NCBI RefSeq assembly: GCF_045037415.1
Contig: NZ_CP173438.1
Length of the DNA stretch: 64,000 bases
Strand: one strand, 5' to 3'
Origin: Escherichia coli
GTDB taxonomy: Bacteria; Pseudomonadota; Gammaproteobacteria; Enterobacterales; Enterobacteriaceae
The translations under genes were made by a program, and so were the position numbers. Below the pieces are notes generated by a model. The model made no database searches. It was given only the letters and a program-made list of their open reading frames with translations, and was not told the origin of the DNA. How positions within the stretch are numbered: position 1 is the first letter of the stretch; the number at the start of each line of letters is the position of its first letter. Shown here piece after piece: positions 23,092 through 35,367 of this stretch.

Positions 23092-25704
23092 TCAAGCCAG
23101 TGCTTTGGTGATCTTCTCGTACAGATCGCCAGAGAGATTTTCCAGCCCTTTCAACTGTTCCAGCGCCGCGCGCATTTTCTCCTGACGTTTGGCATCGTAA
23201 CGTTTCAGGCGAATCAACGGTTCAATCAGGCGCGAAGCCACTTGTGGATTTCGGCTGTTCAGGTCGGTAAGCATTTCCACCAGGAACTGATAACCGCTGC
23301 CATCTTCGGCATGGAACGCTGCCGGGTTGCTGCCCGCAAATGCGCCAATCAATGAACGAATGCGGTTCGGGTTGCTCATGGTAAATGAGCGATGCTGCAA
23401 CAGACCACGTACCGTCTCCAGCACATTCGCCGCCGGGCTGGTGGCTTGCAGGATAAACCATTTATCCATCACCAGACCATCCTGATGCCACTTGTCGTCG
23501 TACTCCTGCATCAGCGCGTCACGGCATGGCAGTTGTGCAGCAACCGCCGCAGAAAGCGCCGCCAGCGCATCGGTCATATTGTTCGCTTCGTGGAACTGTT
23601 TGCTCACCAGCACATCAGCCAGATGCGTTTCACCAAAAGCGAGGAAGCGCAGGCAGGCATTACGCAGAGTGCGTTTTGCAATATCTTCATGCTCAACACG
23701 GTACTCGCTCTGGTAATTCGCGTTGTAAATAGCCAGCAGCTCATCTGCCAGTTCAGTCGCCAGAGTACGAGTGAGTGCTTCGCGTACTTCGGCAATAGCA
23801 ATCGGATCGATGATATCGAACAGTTCTGCCATTTCATTGACGGAAGGCAGCGTCAGGATTTCTGCCGCCAGCGCCGGATCAATCTTCTCATCGAGCAGCA
23901 CCGCGCGGAAAGCGTCAGCCACATGCACCGGCAGAGACAACGGCTGCCCTTGCTGATGACGGGCGACGTTCAGCTTGATGTAGGTTGCCAGCAAACTTTG
24001 CGCCGCGTCCCAGCGAGAGAAATCATTACGCGCATGACGCATCAGGAAGGTCAGTTGCTGATCGCTCCACTTATATTCCAGTTTCACTGGCGCAGAGAAT
24101 TCGCACAGCAGCGCAGGCACCGGCTGGAAGTAGACATTATCAAAAACAAAGGTCTGTTCCGCCTGGGTGACGTTCAGCACGGAATTCACCGGATGACCGC
24201 CTTTCTGCAACGGGATCACTTTGCCTTCGTTGTCATACAGTTCGATGGCAAACGGAATATGCAGCGGTTGTTTTTCTGCCTGATCCGGCGTAGCTGGCGT
24301 GCGCTGGCTGATGGTCAGGGTGTACTGCTCAGTTTCCGGATTGTAGTCGTCTTTGACGGTCACAACCGGCGTGCCGGACTGGCTGTACCAACGGCGGAAA
24401 TGGGAGAGATCGACATTCGACGCATCTTCCATCGCCTGCACAAAATCGTCACAGGTCGCTGCGCTACCATCATGACGCTCGAAATAGAGCTGCATCCCTT
24501 TCTGGAAATTTTCTTCGCCAAGCAGAGTGTGGATCATACGAATCACTTCCGCGCCCTTCTCGTAAACGGTCAGGGTGTAGAAGTTGTTCATTTCAATGAC
24601 CATATCCGGGCGAATTGGGTGCGCCATCGGGCTGGCGTCTTCTGCAAACTGCAATCCGCGCATGGTGCGCACATTATTGATACGGTTTACCGCGCGGGAA
24701 CCAAGGTCAGAGCTGAATTCCTGATCGCGGAAGACGGTTAAACCTTCTTTCAGACTGAGCTGGAACCAGTCGCGGCAGGTGACACGGTTGCCGGTCCAGT
24801 TATGGAAATATTCATGGCCGATAACGCGTTCAATATCGAGGTAATCTTTGTCGGTGGCGGTGTCGGTGCGGGCCAGCACATATTTGGAGTTAAAGATATT
24901 CAGCCCCTTATTCTCCATTGCGCCCATATTGAAGAAATCCACCGCGACGATCATATAGATGTCGAGGTCATACTCCAGGCCGAAGCGTTCTTCATCCCAT
25001 TTCATGGAGTTTTTCAGCGAGGTCATTGCCCACGGCGCACGATCAAGGTTGCCACGATCGACATACAACTCCAGCGCCACTTCACGACCAGAGCGGGTAG
25101 TGAAGGTATCGCGCAGTACATCAAAATCACCAGCCACCAGCGCAAACAGGTAACACGGTTTCGGGAATGGATCCTGCCACTGTACCCAATGACGTCCATT
25201 TTCCAGTTCACCTTGCGCAACGCGGTTACCGTTGGAAAGCAGGAAGGGATATTTGGTTTTATCGGCAATAATTTTGGTGGTAAAACGCGCCAGCACGTCC
25301 GGGCGGTCGAGATAATACGTAATATGGCGGAAACCTTCGGCTTCACACTGGGTGCAAAGCGCATCGCCTGACTGATAAAGCCCTTCCAGCGCAGTATTCG
25401 CCGCCGGGCTAATTTCATTAACGATCTTAAGCGTAAAACGCTCCGGCAAATTACTGATGACCAGTGCGCCCTCTTCTTCTTTCCAGGCGGTCCACGGCTC
25501 ATCATTAATATGAACAGAAACCAGTTTGAGGTCTTCGCCGTTGAGACGAAGCGGAACATCTGATGCACCATGACGGACAGCCTGGCTGACCGCGGTAACG
25601 ACCGTCTTTTGCGCGTCCAGGTCAAAGGTCAAGTCAATATCAGTAATCTGGTAATCCGGCGCACGATAATCGTGACGGTATTTGGCTTGTGGCTGTTGAG
25701 TCAT
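23092..25704 (-). CDS. pepN: Aminopeptidase N, 870 aa
   Basis: 870-aa M1-family metallopeptidase with HEYFHNWTGN zinc motif. Confidence 0.95.
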   Translation of the reverse strand: MTQQPQAKYRHDYRAPDYQITDIDLTFDLDAQKTVVTAVSQAVRHGASDVPLRLNGEDLKLVSVHINDEPWTAWKEEEGALVISNLPERFTLKIVNEISPAANTALEGLYQSGDALCTQCEAEGFRHITYYLDRPDVLARFTTKIIADKTKYPFLLSNGNRVAQGELENGRHWVQWQDPFPKPCYLFALVAGDFDVLRDTFTTRSGREVALELYVDRGNLDRAPWAMTSLKNSMKWDEERFGLEYDLDIYMIVAVDFFNMGAMENKGLNIFNSKYVLARTDTATDKDYLDIERVIGHEYFHNWTGNRVTCRDWFQLSLKEGLTVFRDQEFSSDLGSRAVNRINNVRTMRGLQFAEDASPMAHPIRPDMVIEMNNFYTLTVYEKGAEVIRMIHTLLGEENFQKGMQLYFERHDGSAATCDDFVQAMEDASNVDLSHFRRWYSQSGTPVVTVKDDYNPETEQYTLTISQRTPATPDQAEKQPLHIPFAIELYDNEGKVIPLQKGGHPVNSVLNVTQAEQTFVFDNVYFQPVPALLCEFSAPVKLEYKWSDQQLTFLMRHARNDFSRWDAAQSLLATYIKLNVARHQQGQPLSLPVHVADAFRAVLLDEKIDPALAAEILTLPSVNEMAELFDIIDPIAIAEVREALTRTLATELADELLAIYNANYQSEYRVEHEDIAKRTLRNACLRFLAFGETHLADVLVSKQFHEANNMTDALAALSAAVAAQLPCRDALMQEYDDKWHQDGLVMDKWFILQATSPAANVLETVRGLLQHRSFTMSNPNRIRSLIGAFAGSNPAAFHAEDGSGYQFLVEMLTDLNSRNPQVASRLIEPLIRLKRYDAKRQEKMRAALEQLKGLENLSGDLYEKITKALA

Positions 25705-25922
25705 AAATAACCTTTAGCATCTTTTATAGAGTCTGGTGTTCAGTCTATTCCTGTTGCGTAAATCGCGCTATGCAGAATCTTCATCTTTTCAGGTACAAAC
25801 GCCTTTATTGCTACATTTTTATAACATACACCGCGTTATGCCATCGACCAGAAAGGTGGCATATGGTGTGATCGGGGTTCAATAAATTGCGAAACAAGGT
25901 ATACTCCAGCAGTTCCTGAAGA

Positions 25923-25939
25923 TGTTTATTGTACTAAAC
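25923..25939. promoter_or_regulatory. Putative NadR (NAD) box upstream of pncB
   Basis: TGTTTA-N6-TAAAC palindrome about 30 bp upstream of the pncB start. Confidence 0.45.
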
Positions 25940-25969
25940 GCTCCTGTACGAGGACGCTACTGCGCACAT

Positions 25970-27172
25970 ATGACACAATTCGCTTCTCCTGTTCTGCACT
26001 CGTTGCTGGATACAGATGCTTATAAGTTGCATATGCAGCAAGCCGTGTTTCATCACTATTACGATGTGCATGTCGCGGCGGAGTTTCGTTGCCGAGGTGA
26101 CGATCTGCTGGGTATTTATGCCGATGCTATTCGTGAACAGGTTCAGGCGATGCAGCACCTGCGCCTGCAGGATGATGAATATCAGTGGCTCTCTGCCCTG
26201 CCTTTCTTTAAGGCCGACTATCTTAACTGGCTACGCGAGTTCCGCTTTAACCCGGAACAAGTCACCGTGTCCAACGATAATGGCAAGCTGGATATTCGTT
26301 TAAGCGGCCCGTGGCGTGAAGTCATCCTCTGGGAAGTTCCTTTGCTGGCGGTTATCAGTGAAATGGTACATCGCTATCGCTCACCGCAGGCCGACGTTGC
26401 GCAAGCCCTCGACACGCTGGAAAACAAATTAGTCGACTTCTCGGCATTAACCGCCGGTCTTGATATGTCGCGCTTCCATCTGATGGATTTTGGCACCCGC
26501 CGCCGTTTTTCTCGCGAAGTACAAGAAACCATCGTGAAACGTCTGCAACAGGAATCCTGGTTCGTGGGCACCAGCAACTACGATCTGGCGCGTCGGCTTT
26601 CCCTCACGCCAATGGGAACACAGGCACACGAATGGTTCCAGGCGCATCAGCAAATCAGCCCGGATCTAGCCAACAGCCAGCGAGCTGCACTTGCTGCCTG
26701 GCTGGAAGAGTATCCCGACCAACTTGGCATTGCGTTAACCGACTGCATCACCATGGATGCTTTCCTGCGAGATTTCGGCGTGGAATTTGCCAGTCGTTAC
26801 CAGGGCCTGCGCCATGACTCTGGCGACCCGCTTGAATGGGGTGAAAAAGCCATTGCACATTATGAAAAGCTGGGAATTGATCCACAGAGTAAAACGCTGG
26901 TTTTCTCTGACAATCTGGATTTACGCAAAGCGGTTGAGCTATACCGCCACTTCTCTTCCCGCGTGCAATTAAGTTTTGGTATTGGGACTCGCCTGACCTG
27001 CGATATCCCCCAGGTAAAACCTCTGAATATTGTCATTAAGTTGGTAGAGTGTAACGGTAAACCGGTGGCGAAACTTTCTGACAGCCCTGGCAAAACGATC
27101 TGCCACGATAAAGCGTTTGTTCGGGCGCTGCGCAAAGCGTTCGACCTTCCGCATATTAAAAAAGCCAGTTAA
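25970..27172 (+). CDS. pncB: Nicotinate phosphoribosyltransferase PncB, 400 aa
   Basis: Translation from [22 protein letters not shown]; track ORF extends 16 codons upstream. Confidence 0.92.
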   Translation: MTQFASPVLHSLLDTDAYKLHMQQAVFHHYYDVHVAAEFRCRGDDLLGIYADAIREQVQAMQHLRLQDDEYQWLSALPFFKADYLNWLREFRFNPEQVTVSNDNGKLDIRLSGPWREVILWEVPLLAVISEMVHRYRSPQADVAQALDTLENKLVDFSALTAGLDMSRFHLMDFGTRRRFSREVQETIVKRLQQESWFVGTSNYDLARRLSLTPMGTQAHEWFQAHQQISPDLANSQRAALAAWLEEYPDQLGIALTDCITMDAFLRDFGVEFASRYQGLRHDSGDPLEWGEKAIAHYEKLGIDPQSKTLVFSDNLDLRKAVELYRHFSSRVQLSFGIGTRLTCDIPQVKPLNIVIKLVECNGKPVAKLSDSPGKTICHDKAFVRALRKAFDLPHIKKAS

Positions 27173-27180
27173 TATCATCA

Positions 27181-27206
27181 GGGAGCTAATCGGCTCCCTT
27201 TTTTTA
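27181..27206 (+). terminator. Rho-independent terminator after pncB
   Basis: GGGAGCTAATCGGCTCCCTTTTTTT. Confidence 0.7.
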
Positions 27207-27340
27207 CCTTTAATTCCGAAATCTTTCGCTGCATTTGCGAATTCTGCTTGTCTGATTGCAGATGCCAGGTAACATAGGTATCCCCCCATTTACGGGTGGA
27301 CAAGTGTTTATTTTTTCCGACTATTAACAGAGAGAATATT

Positions 27341-28741
27341 ATGAGCGTTGTGCCTGTAGCCGACGTACTCCAGGGCCGCGTAGCCGTTGACAGCGAAGTC
27401 ACCGTGCGCGGATGGGTACGTACCCGCCGAGATTCAAAAGCTGGCATCTCCTTCCTCGCCGTTTATGACGGTTCCTGCTTTGATCCTGTACAGGCTGTCA
27501 TCAATAATTCTCTGCCCAATTACAATGAAGACGTCCTGCGTCTGACCACCGGCTGCTCGGTCATTGTAACGGGTAAAGTCGTGGCGTCGCCGGGCCAGGG
27601 GCAACAATTTGAAATTCAGGCCAGCAAGGTTGAAGTTGCTGGTTGGGTTGAAGATCCAAACACTTACCCGATGGCGGCAAAACGCCACAGCATTGAGTAT
27701 CTGCGTGAAGTCGCTCACCTGCGTCCGCGCACAAACCTGATTGGTGCCGTCGCGCGCGTTCGCCATACGCTGGCGCAGGCGCTGCATCGCTTCTTTAACG
27801 AGCAGGGATTCTTCTGGGTTTCAACGCCACTGATTACCGCATCTGATACCGAAGGTGCAGGCGAAATGTTCCGTGTTTCTACGCTGGATCTGGAAAACCT
27901 GCCGCGTAACGATCAGGGCAAAGTGGATTTCGACAAAGACTTCTTTGGTAAAGAGTCTTTCCTGACCGTATCTGGCCAGTTGAACGGCGAAACCTACGCT
28001 TGCGCATTGTCCAAAATTTATACCTTCGGCCCGACTTTCCGTGCTGAAAACTCCAACACCAGCCGTCACCTGGCGGAATTCTGGATGCTGGAGCCGGAAG
28101 TGGCGTTTGCTAACCTGAACGATATCGCAGGTCTGGCTGAAGCCATGCTGAAATATGTCTTCAAAGCGGTTCTCGAAGAACGCGCTGACGACATGAAATT
28201 CTTCGCTGAACGCGTAGATAAAGATGCCGTTTCACGTCTGGAACGCTTCATTGAGGCCGATTTCGCGCAGGTGGATTACACCGACGCAGTGACCATTCTC
28301 GAAAACTGCGGCAGGAAGTTTGAAAACCCGGTTTACTGGGGCGTCGATCTCTCTTCTGAGCATGAGCGTTATCTGGCGGAAGAACACTTTAAAGCACCAG
28401 TAGTGGTTAAAAACTATCCGAAAGATATTAAAGCGTTCTATATGCGCCTTAACGAAGACGGTAAAACCGTTGCGGCTATGGACGTTCTGGCTCCGGGCAT
28501 CGGTGAGATCATTGGTGGCTCCCAGCGTGAAGAACGTCTGGACGTGCTGGACGAGCGTATGCTTGAAATGGGCCTGAACAAAGAAGATTACTGGTGGTAT
28601 CGCGATCTGCGTCGCTACGGTACTGTTCCGCATTCAGGTTTCGGTCTTGGTTTTGAACGCCTGATTGCTTACGTAACTGGCGTGCAAAACGTACGTGATG
28701 TTATTCCGTTCCCACGTACTCCGCGTAACGCCAGCTTCTAA
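27341..28741 (+). CDS. asnS: Asparagine--tRNA ligase AsnS, 466 aa
   Basis: Translation from [13 protein letters not shown]; class II aaRS motifs. Confidence 0.95.
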   Translation: MSVVPVADVLQGRVAVDSEVTVRGWVRTRRDSKAGISFLAVYDGSCFDPVQAVINNSLPNYNEDVLRLTTGCSVIVTGKVVASPGQGQQFEIQASKVEVAGWVEDPNTYPMAAKRHSIEYLREVAHLRPRTNLIGAVARVRHTLAQALHRFFNEQGFFWVSTPLITASDTEGAGEMFRVSTLDLENLPRNDQGKVDFDKDFFGKESFLTVSGQLNGETYACALSKIYTFGPTFRAENSNTSRHLAEFWMLEPEVAFANLNDIAGLAEAMLKYVFKAVLEERADDMKFFAERVDKDAVSRLERFIEADFAQVDYTDAVTILENCGRKFENPVYWGVDLSSEHERYLAEEHFKAPVVVKNYPKDIKAFYMRLNEDGKTVAAMDVLAPGIGEIIGGSQREERLDVLDERMLEMGLNKEDYWWYRDLRRYGTVPHSGFGLGFERLIAYVTGVQNVRDVIPFPRTPRNASF

Positions 28742-28755
28742 TTTAGTGTCTTCAA

Positions 28756-28783
28756 GAGCCAGCGCCCGCTGGCTCTTTTTTTA
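28756..28783 (+). terminator. Rho-independent terminator after asnS
   Basis: AGAGCCAGCGCCCGCTGGCTCTTTTTTT. Confidence 0.75.
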
Positions 28784-29129
28784 TCCTTTCTGTCAAGTTA
28801 TCTGTTTGTTAAGTCAAGCAATCTATTTGCAACCCTGCCATAACGATCATCCTGTTACGGAATATTACACTGCAACATTTACGCACAAAAAATAATCTGC
28901 ATTCTTATTGCGGATTAGTTTTTTCTTAGCTGATAGCACAATTTTTATACGATTTTTTGGCATTCTGGATGTCTGAAAGAAGATTTTGTGCCCGGTCGAT
29001 AAAGTTTCCATCAGAAACAAAATTTCCGTTTAGTTAATTTAAATATAAGGAAATCATATAAATAGATAAAAATTGCTGTAAATATCATCACGCCTCTATG
29101 GAAATATGACGGTGTTCACAAAGTTCCTT

Positions 29130-29215
29130 AATTTTTACTTTTTGTCACACATTTTTTCTTTTTGAAACCAAATCTTTATCTTTGTAGCACTTTCACGGTA
29201 GCGAAACGTTAGTTT
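29130..29215 (+). promoter_or_regulatory. ompF upstream regulatory region (OmpR binding sites F1-F3, approximate)
   Basis: AT-rich tract TTTTTCTTTTTGAAACCAAATCTTTATCTTTGTAGCACTTTCACGG resembling the ompF OmpR-site region as recalled; 600-bp asnS-ompF spacer. Confidence 0.5.
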
Positions 29216-29343
29216 GAATGGAAAGATGCCTGCAGACACATAAAGACACCAAACTCTCATCAATAGTTCCGTAAATTTTTATTGACAGAACTTATTGACG
29301 GCAGTGGCAGGTGTCATAAAAAAAACCATGAGGGTAATAAATA

Positions 29344-30432
29344 ATGATGAAGCGCAATATTCTGGCAGTGATCGTCCCTGCTCTGTTAGTAGCAGGTACT
29401 GCAAACGCTGCAGAAATCTATAACAAAGATGGCAACAAAGTAGATCTGTACGGTAAAGCTGTCGGTCTGCATTATTTCTCCAAGGGTAACGGTGAAGACA
29501 GTTACGGTGGCAATGGCGACATGACCTATGCCCGTCTTGGTTTTAAAGGGGAAACTCAAATCAATTCCGATCTGACCGGTTATGGTCAGTGGGAATATAA
29601 CTTCCAGGGTAACAACTCTGAAGGCGCTGACGCTCAAACTGGTAACAAAACGCGTCTGGCATTCGCGGGTCTTAAATACGCTGACGTTGGTTCTTTCGAT
29701 TACGGCCGTAACTACGGTGTGGTTTATGATGCACTGGGTTACACCGATATGCTGCCAGAATTTGGTGGTGATACTGCATACAGCGATGACTTCTTCGTTG
29801 GTCGTGTTGGCGGCGTTGCTACCTATCGTAACTCCAACTTCTTTGGTCTGGTTGATGGTCTGAACTTTGCTGTTCAGTACCTGGGTAAAAACGAGCGTGA
29901 CACTGCACGCCGCTCTAACGGCGACGGTGTTGGCGGTTCTATCAGCTACGAATACGAAGGCTTTGGTATCGTTGGTGCTTATGGTGCCGCTGACCGTACC
30001 AACCTGCAGGAAGAGTCTCCCCTTGGCAAAGGCAAAAAAGCTGAACAGTGGGCTACTGGTCTGAAGTATGACGCGAACAACATCTACCTGGCAGCGAACT
30101 ACGGTGAAACCCGTAACGCTACGCCGCTCACTAACAAATTTACAAACACCAGCGGCTTCGCCAACAAAACGCAAGACGTTCTGTTAGTTGCGCAATACCA
30201 GTTCGATTTCGGTCTGCGTCCGTCCATCGCTTACACTAAATCTAAAGCGAAAGACGTAGACGGTATCGGTGATGTTGATCTGGTGAACTACTTTGAAGTG
30301 GGCGCAACCTACTACTTCAACAAAAACATGTCCACCTATGTTGACTACATCATCAACCAGATCGATTCTGACAACAAGTTGGGCGTAGGTTCCGACGATA
30401 CCGTTGCTGTGGGTATCGTTTACCAGTTCTAA
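29344..30432 (+). CDS. ompF: Outer membrane porin OmpF, 362 aa
   Basis: Signal peptide [22 protein letters not shown] and trimeric porin sequence ending VYQF. Confidence 0.95.
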   Translation: MMKRNILAVIVPALLVAGTANAAEIYNKDGNKVDLYGKAVGLHYFSKGNGEDSYGGNGDMTYARLGFKGETQINSDLTGYGQWEYNFQGNNSEGADAQTGNKTRLAFAGLKYADVGSFDYGRNYGVVYDALGYTDMLPEFGGDTAYSDDFFVGRVGGVATYRNSNFFGLVDGLNFAVQYLGKNERDTARRSNGDGVGGSISYEYEGFGIVGAYGAADRTNLQEESPLGKGKKAEQWATGLKYDANNIYLAANYGETRNATPLTNKFTNTSGFANKTQDVLLVAQYQFDFGLRPSIAYTKSKAKDVDGIGDVDLVNYFEVGATYYFNKNMSTYVDYIINQIDSDNKLGVGSDDTVAVGIVYQF

Positions 30433-30458
30433 TAGCACACCTCTTTGTTAAATGCCGA

Positions 30459-30488
30459 AAAAACAGGACTTTGGTCCTGTTTTTTTTA
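30459..30488 (+). terminator. Rho-independent terminator after ompF
   Basis: AAAAAACAGGACTTTGGTCCTGTTTTTTTT. Confidence 0.8.
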
Positions 30489-30616
30489 TGCCTTCCAGAG
30501 CAATCTCACGTCTTGCAAAAACAGCCTGCGTTTTCATCAGTAATAGTTGGAATTTTGTAAATCTCCCGTTACCCTGATAGCGGACTTCCCTTCTGTAACC
30601 ATAATGGAACCTCGTC

Positions 30617-31807
30617 ATGTTTGAGAACATTACCGCCGCTCCTGCCGACCCGATTCTGGGCCTGGCCGATCTGTTTCGTGCCGATGAACGTCCCGGCAAA
30701 ATTAACCTCGGGATTGGTGTCTATAAAGATGAGACGGGTAAAACCCCGGTACTGACCAGCGTGAAAAAGGCTGAACAGTATCTGCTCGAAAATGAAACCA
30801 CCAAAAATTACCTCGGCATTGACGGCATCCCTGAATTTGGTCGCTGCACTCAGGAACTGCTGTTTGGTAAAGGTAGCGCCCTGATCAATGACAAACGTGC
30901 TCGCACGGCACAGACTCCGGGTGGCACTGGCGCACTACGCGTGGCTGCCGATTTCCTGGCAAAAAATACCAGCGTTAAGCGTGTGTGGGTGAGCAACCCA
31001 AGCTGGCCGAACCATAAGAGCGTCTTTAACTCTGCAGGTCTGGAAGTTCGTGAATACGCTTATTATGATGCGGAAAATCACACTCTTGACTTCGATGCAC
31101 TGATTAACAGCCTGAACGAAGCCCAGGCTGGCGACGTAGTGCTGTTCCATGGCTGCTGCCATAACCCAACCGGCATCGACCCTACGCTGGAACAATGGCA
31201 GACACTGGCACAACTCTCCGTTGAGAAAGGCTGGTTACCGCTGTTTGACTTCGCTTACCAGGGTTTTGCTCGGGGTCTGGAAGAAGATGCTGAAGGACTG
31301 CGCGCTTTCGCGGCTCTGCATAAGGAGCTGATTGTTGCCAGTTCCTACTCTAAAAACTTTGGCCTGTACAACGAGCGTGTTGGCGCTTGTACTCTGGTTG
31401 CTGCTGACAGTGAAACTGTTGAACGTGCATTCAGCCAAATGAAAGCGGCGATTCGTGCTAACTACTCTAACCCACCAGCACACGGCGCTTCTGTTGTTGC
31501 CACCATCCTGAGCAACGATGCGTTACGTGCGATTTGGGAACAAGAACTGACTGATATGCGCCAGCGTATTCAGCGTATGCGTCAGTTGTTCGTCAATACG
31601 CTGCAGGAAAAAGGCGCAAATCGCGACTTCAGCTTTATCATCAAACAGAACGGCATGTTCTCCTTCAGTGGCCTGACAAAAGAACAAGTGCTGCGTCTGC
31701 GCGAAGAGTTTGGCGTATATGCTGTTGCTTCTGGTCGCGTAAACGTGGCCGGGATGACACCAGATAACATGGCACCGCTGTGCGAAGCGATTGTGGCAGT
31801 GCTGTAA
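30617..31807 (+). CDS. aspC: Aspartate aminotransferase AspC, 396 aa
   Basis: 396-aa ORF recognised as AspC ([36 protein letters not shown]). Confidence 0.95.
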   Translation: MFENITAAPADPILGLADLFRADERPGKINLGIGVYKDETGKTPVLTSVKKAEQYLLENETTKNYLGIDGIPEFGRCTQELLFGKGSALINDKRARTAQTPGGTGALRVAADFLAKNTSVKRVWVSNPSWPNHKSVFNSAGLEVREYAYYDAENHTLDFDALINSLNEAQAGDVVLFHGCCHNPTGIDPTLEQWQTLAQLSVEKGWLPLFDFAYQGFARGLEEDAEGLRAFAALHKELIVASSYSKNFGLYNERVGACTLVAADSETVERAFSQMKAAIRANYSNPPAHGASVVATILSNDALRAIWEQELTDMRQRIQRMRQLFVNTLQEKGANRDFSFIIKQNGMFSFSGLTKEQVLRLREEFGVYAVASGRVNVAGMTPDNMAPLCEAIVAVL

Positions 31808-31820
31808 GCGTTAAAACCGA

Positions 31821-31849
31821 TGAAGCCCGCTTGAAAGCGGGCTTTTTTA
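31821..31849. terminator. Bidirectional terminator between convergent aspC and gloC
   Basis: GAAGCCCGCTTGAAAGCGGGCTTTTTTAT. Confidence 0.75.
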
Positions 31850-31856
31850 TGCGCCT

Positions 31857-32504
31857 TTACCAGACAGGCATTTCGTCTTGCAAGAAGGGATTATGCAGGC
31901 GCTCATAACCGAGAGTGGATAATGGTCCGTGACCCGGAATAAATGTCACGTCATCCCCCAGTGGCAGCAATTTATCTTTGATTGAAGAAATCAGTTGATT
32001 GTGATCGCCACGCGGGAAATCACTGCGCCCTACTCCGCCTTTGAAAATAACATCGCCAGAAATGAGCAGCCTTGCCTGCTCATTAAAAAACACCACATGA
32101 CCCGGCGTATGCCCGGGGCAATGTAACACCTGTAAAGTCACATTCCCTATGCTGATGGTATCGCCTTCGTTCAGCCAACGATCTGGCGTCAGCGGCTGGC
32201 ACTCTTCCAGACCAAACATACGACTTTGCGCAGGCAAGCCTTGCAGCCAGAACTCATCTTCTTTTTCCGGGCCAAAAACCGGCACGCCGTAATGTTGCGC
32301 CAGTTCCGCCGCTGCGCCAACGTGGTCCAGATGACCATGAGTCAGCAGGATCTGCATCAGTGTCAGGCCGCTGGCATCAACTTCCTGTTTGATTTTTTCC
32401 GCATCGCCGCCAGGATCGACCAGTGCGGCCAGACGGGTTTGTTCACACCAGATCAATGAACAGTTCTGGGAGAATGCGGTGACCGGAATAATACGATAGT
32501 TCAT
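31857..32504 (-). CDS. gloC: Metallo-beta-lactamase fold hydroxyacylglutathione hydrolase GloC (YcbL), 215 aa
   Basis: HxHxDH motif (THGHLDHVG); synteny. Confidence 0.85.
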   Translation of the reverse strand: MNYRIIPVTAFSQNCSLIWCEQTRLAALVDPGGDAEKIKQEVDASGLTLMQILLTHGHLDHVGAAAELAQHYGVPVFGPEKEDEFWLQGLPAQSRMFGLEECQPLTPDRWLNEGDTISIGNVTLQVLHCPGHTPGHVVFFNEQARLLISGDVIFKGGVGRSDFPRGDHNQLISSIKDKLLPLGDDVTFIPGHGPLSTLGYERLHNPFLQDEMPVW

Positions 32505-32530
32505 ACTGCCCCTGTTTCGTTAAGCGATTA

Positions 32531-33079
32531 CTACCAGTGCCGTGCTGGCCCGGTATCAATATGCACAAAGTTACTACGTGGGTAATATCCTACACCACCT
32601 GCGCGCATAGATAACGCGGCTTTGCGAATATTGCTTAACGCGATACCTTCAATGTGGAAATCCATCGCCTGGCCTTTGGTGTGATAGCTTTTCTTCGCTA
32701 CTCCACGGCTGCGGGCGCGTAGTTCATTGTTGGTATCAATGGAACGATAACCGGAAATGAGTTGCACCGGTTTGCGGGTGCCTAACAACCCTTGCAGGCG
32801 ATACAACTGGTCGAATAATCCTGGGTCGATGGACTTTATTTTGTTCGCGCGGTAATCGCGGAAAAAATGGTTAAGTTTTGCCAATTCTTCCTGAATATAG
32901 CCTCTGCCATCGAAAAACTCCGCTTTGATTGACTCTCCGGTATGAAGATTATTGAGTGTCAAAATGCGCGGGCGTGGGGTAGAGAGTGTTGCAAACGCCG
33001 GGGTCGGCAGGATGGCGGCACCGAGTGCAACGCCACCAAGCGCCAGCAGTTTGCGGCGATTAGCGTCGAATTTGTCCAT
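32531..33079 (-). CDS. mepK: Peptidoglycan L,D-endopeptidase MepK (YcbK), 182 aa
   Basis: Translation from MDKFDANRRKLLALGG with Tat-like signal; synteny. Confidence 0.82.
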   Translation of the reverse strand: MDKFDANRRKLLALGGVALGAAILPTPAFATLSTPRPRILTLNNLHTGESIKAEFFDGRGYIQEELAKLNHFFRDYRANKIKSIDPGLFDQLYRLQGLLGTRKPVQLISGYRSIDTNNELRARSRGVAKKSYHTKGQAMDFHIEGIALSNIRKAALSMRAGGVGYYPRSNFVHIDTGPARHW

Positions 33080-33259
33080 GATAATCAAGTCTACAGGTCA
33101 ATGTTATCGTTTATATGCACTTCTGGCGCACAAGAGGCACCTTAACCGCCCGTAAAGAAGACGTCAAGATGACTCAACCCCAGCAGTGACGGGGGCTGCA
33201 GAGAATCGCCCCCGATCATGCTAATTATTACGACAACTGATTTCCCCGAACTGCTTCAT

Positions 33260-35107
33260 TTACCTGATTAATTGTTCCGCTTTCGATACAATTTGCGAGC
33301 TGGATCGCGCAGGCAGATCATAATTGTAAATATCTGTACGATACTGGGTACGACCATCAGCACCAACAAAGGCCGTCAGATAGTAGAGATTCACCGGAAT
33401 CGACTGCCGAATATTGACGTAACGCGTATCGCCCTGCTTCAGCGCATCAGAAATACGTTTGTCATTCCATCCTGCATCCTGCAACAGCATATTCGCCAGA
33501 TCGGAAGCTTTATTCACTCGTACACAGCCTGAGCTCAATGCGCGTGTATCACGTTTGAACAGATTGTGGTTCGGCGTGTCATGCAAATAAATGGCCTCTG
33601 AACTCGGCATATTGAATTTATAGCGCCCCAGCGAGTTCCGTGGGCCTGGAGCCTGCTGGAAACGGAACGGTAAATTCGAGGCCGTGATTGTAGACCAGTC
33701 AACCTGCCATGGGTCAATCGCTTCTCTGCTGTTCCAGCCGCGCATCACCGTATAGCCATGGCTTTCGAGATATCCCGGATCGTTGCGCACTTTCGGCAGA
33801 ATATCTTTGCGTGCCAGAGTTGGTGGTACGTTCCACGGCGGGTTTACCACTACGTTGTTAAGTGCACTGCTCATCATCGGCGTTTTGCGATCGGGGCGAC
33901 CGACAATGACTCGCGAATCCAGCACCTGATTGCCGTTCTGATAGTAGACCAGCGAATAGGCTGGAATGTTAACCATGATCCCGGTAGAAAGCTCTGTTGG
34001 CAGCAAGCGCAATCGCTGGATGTTGAGTGCCAACACGCCAGCACGCTGGGCGGGCGTTACGTTTAACCAGTCACGCGTTGCCGGGCCAATAGCACCATCT
34101 GCTCCCAATCCTTGCCATGCCTGAAAACGTTTAACGGCTTCCACCAGTTCATTATCGTAGGCGGCGCGAACGGCAGGCGCAGGTTTACTACGAGACGTAG
34201 TTTGTTTGTCCATCAGCTTAGTTTCTGCTGTTTCAACAGTAACAGCCGATGGGCTGACTACCGCGTCAGTTGGCGTGTCATCGCCAGGTAGCGTAATTTT
34301 CGGTCCCCCGTCCAACATGCCTGTACGTTGCAATATTTCGCGCAACGCCGGTACGTCGTTACTCCACTGTCCTGGGCGCAACGTTGCTTTACCGGTCAGT
34401 TGAGGCCACGGTTTGGTGTCACTGAGTAAGGCCAGTAACGATTCATGCATCGCCGCATATTGCGGATGCTGCGGTGCCAGTCCTGCAACAAACGTCGGCA
34501 ATTGACCTTTATCCAGCGCCAGCTGCCATTGGTTAATCACCGAAAGCGGCGGCGTTGCAAGCGCATAAGGTTTACTGCTATATAGCCAGCGAGTGCCTTT
34601 GACCGGAATATTTGCAATGAAATGGAGATAGCCCATCATCGCATCAGAGAGCACCACGTCGCGTGCCATCCCGTTAACACCAGGATCGGTCAGTAACTCT
34701 ACCCATTTATTAAACTGCGGCTGGAAACCGGCAATCGCCACCTCTGCCAGCTGTTGCTGGAAGGCTTTAACAGCATCACGGTTTTCCCACATGGGTTGCA
34801 TATCGCGTGCGGCATACAACAATTGAAGCTGGTTAAGATAAACCGGCTTATAACCTGCGGGTAATTGAGATTCGATTTGCGTGCGGGCTTTTTCAGCCGC
34901 ACCTTCAGGCAATGGCTGGATCCCCGCCATTATTGCCGTGGCTTGCGCCTGCGGCAGTGCCTCGCCCTGTTCACTGACAGCCACCGGGCTGTCGCCAGGG
35001 ATTACTTCAGGCTCATCGGCCTGCGCATTGAACAGTGGAGCGAATGTTACGGCCAGGCACAAACTGATTGCCGACAGCCGACGACCACACATCATATTAA
35101 GCAACAT
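33260..35107 (-). CDS. ldtD: L,D-transpeptidase LdtD (YcbB), 615 aa
   Basis: 615-aa ORF with signal peptide; synteny next to mukB. Confidence 0.88.
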   Translation of the reverse strand: MLLNMMCGRRLSAISLCLAVTFAPLFNAQADEPEVIPGDSPVAVSEQGEALPQAQATAIMAGIQPLPEGAAEKARTQIESQLPAGYKPVYLNQLQLLYAARDMQPMWENRDAVKAFQQQLAEVAIAGFQPQFNKWVELLTDPGVNGMARDVVLSDAMMGYLHFIANIPVKGTRWLYSSKPYALATPPLSVINQWQLALDKGQLPTFVAGLAPQHPQYAAMHESLLALLSDTKPWPQLTGKATLRPGQWSNDVPALREILQRTGMLDGGPKITLPGDDTPTDAVVSPSAVTVETAETKLMDKQTTSRSKPAPAVRAAYDNELVEAVKRFQAWQGLGADGAIGPATRDWLNVTPAQRAGVLALNIQRLRLLPTELSTGIMVNIPAYSLVYYQNGNQVLDSRVIVGRPDRKTPMMSSALNNVVVNPPWNVPPTLARKDILPKVRNDPGYLESHGYTVMRGWNSREAIDPWQVDWSTITASNLPFRFQQAPGPRNSLGRYKFNMPSSEAIYLHDTPNHNLFKRDTRALSSGCVRVNKASDLANMLLQDAGWNDKRISDALKQGDTRYVNIRQSIPVNLYYLTAFVGADGRTQYRTDIYNYDLPARSSSQIVSKAEQLIR

Positions 35108-35367
35108 CCCTTGCCCCCTGTTTTTATCATACTCTGAATAGCCAGGCTGTTATTTTACGACTTGCCTGTACAACGCCAATACTCACGAAAGTATGACGAG
35201 CAAGCCTGTTACTCATCAGGCTTATCTTCAGTATATAAACGCCGATACGTTTTTACATAACCTAATGTAAAGAAGTTTAAAGAAAAGCGCGCCGTAATGT
35301 GCCACTTTTTTAGTGCAGAAACGGAGTTTTCGGAAAAAGAAAAGGCGGCATTGCTGCCGCCTTAATT

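Noticed and set aside
23392-24741. 449-aa plus-strand ORF
   Set aside because: Antisense shadow ORF inside pepN; His/Arg/Gln-rich low-complexity product; pepN is full length on the opposite strand.
28742-29343. 600-bp AT-rich asnS-ompF spacer as a possible hidden small gene or mobile remnant
   Set aside because: No convincing ORF or repeats; sequence and length match the known long ompF regulatory region with distal OmpR/IHF sites.
29386-30174. 262-aa minus-strand ORF
   Set aside because: Antisense to ompF; shadow ORF.
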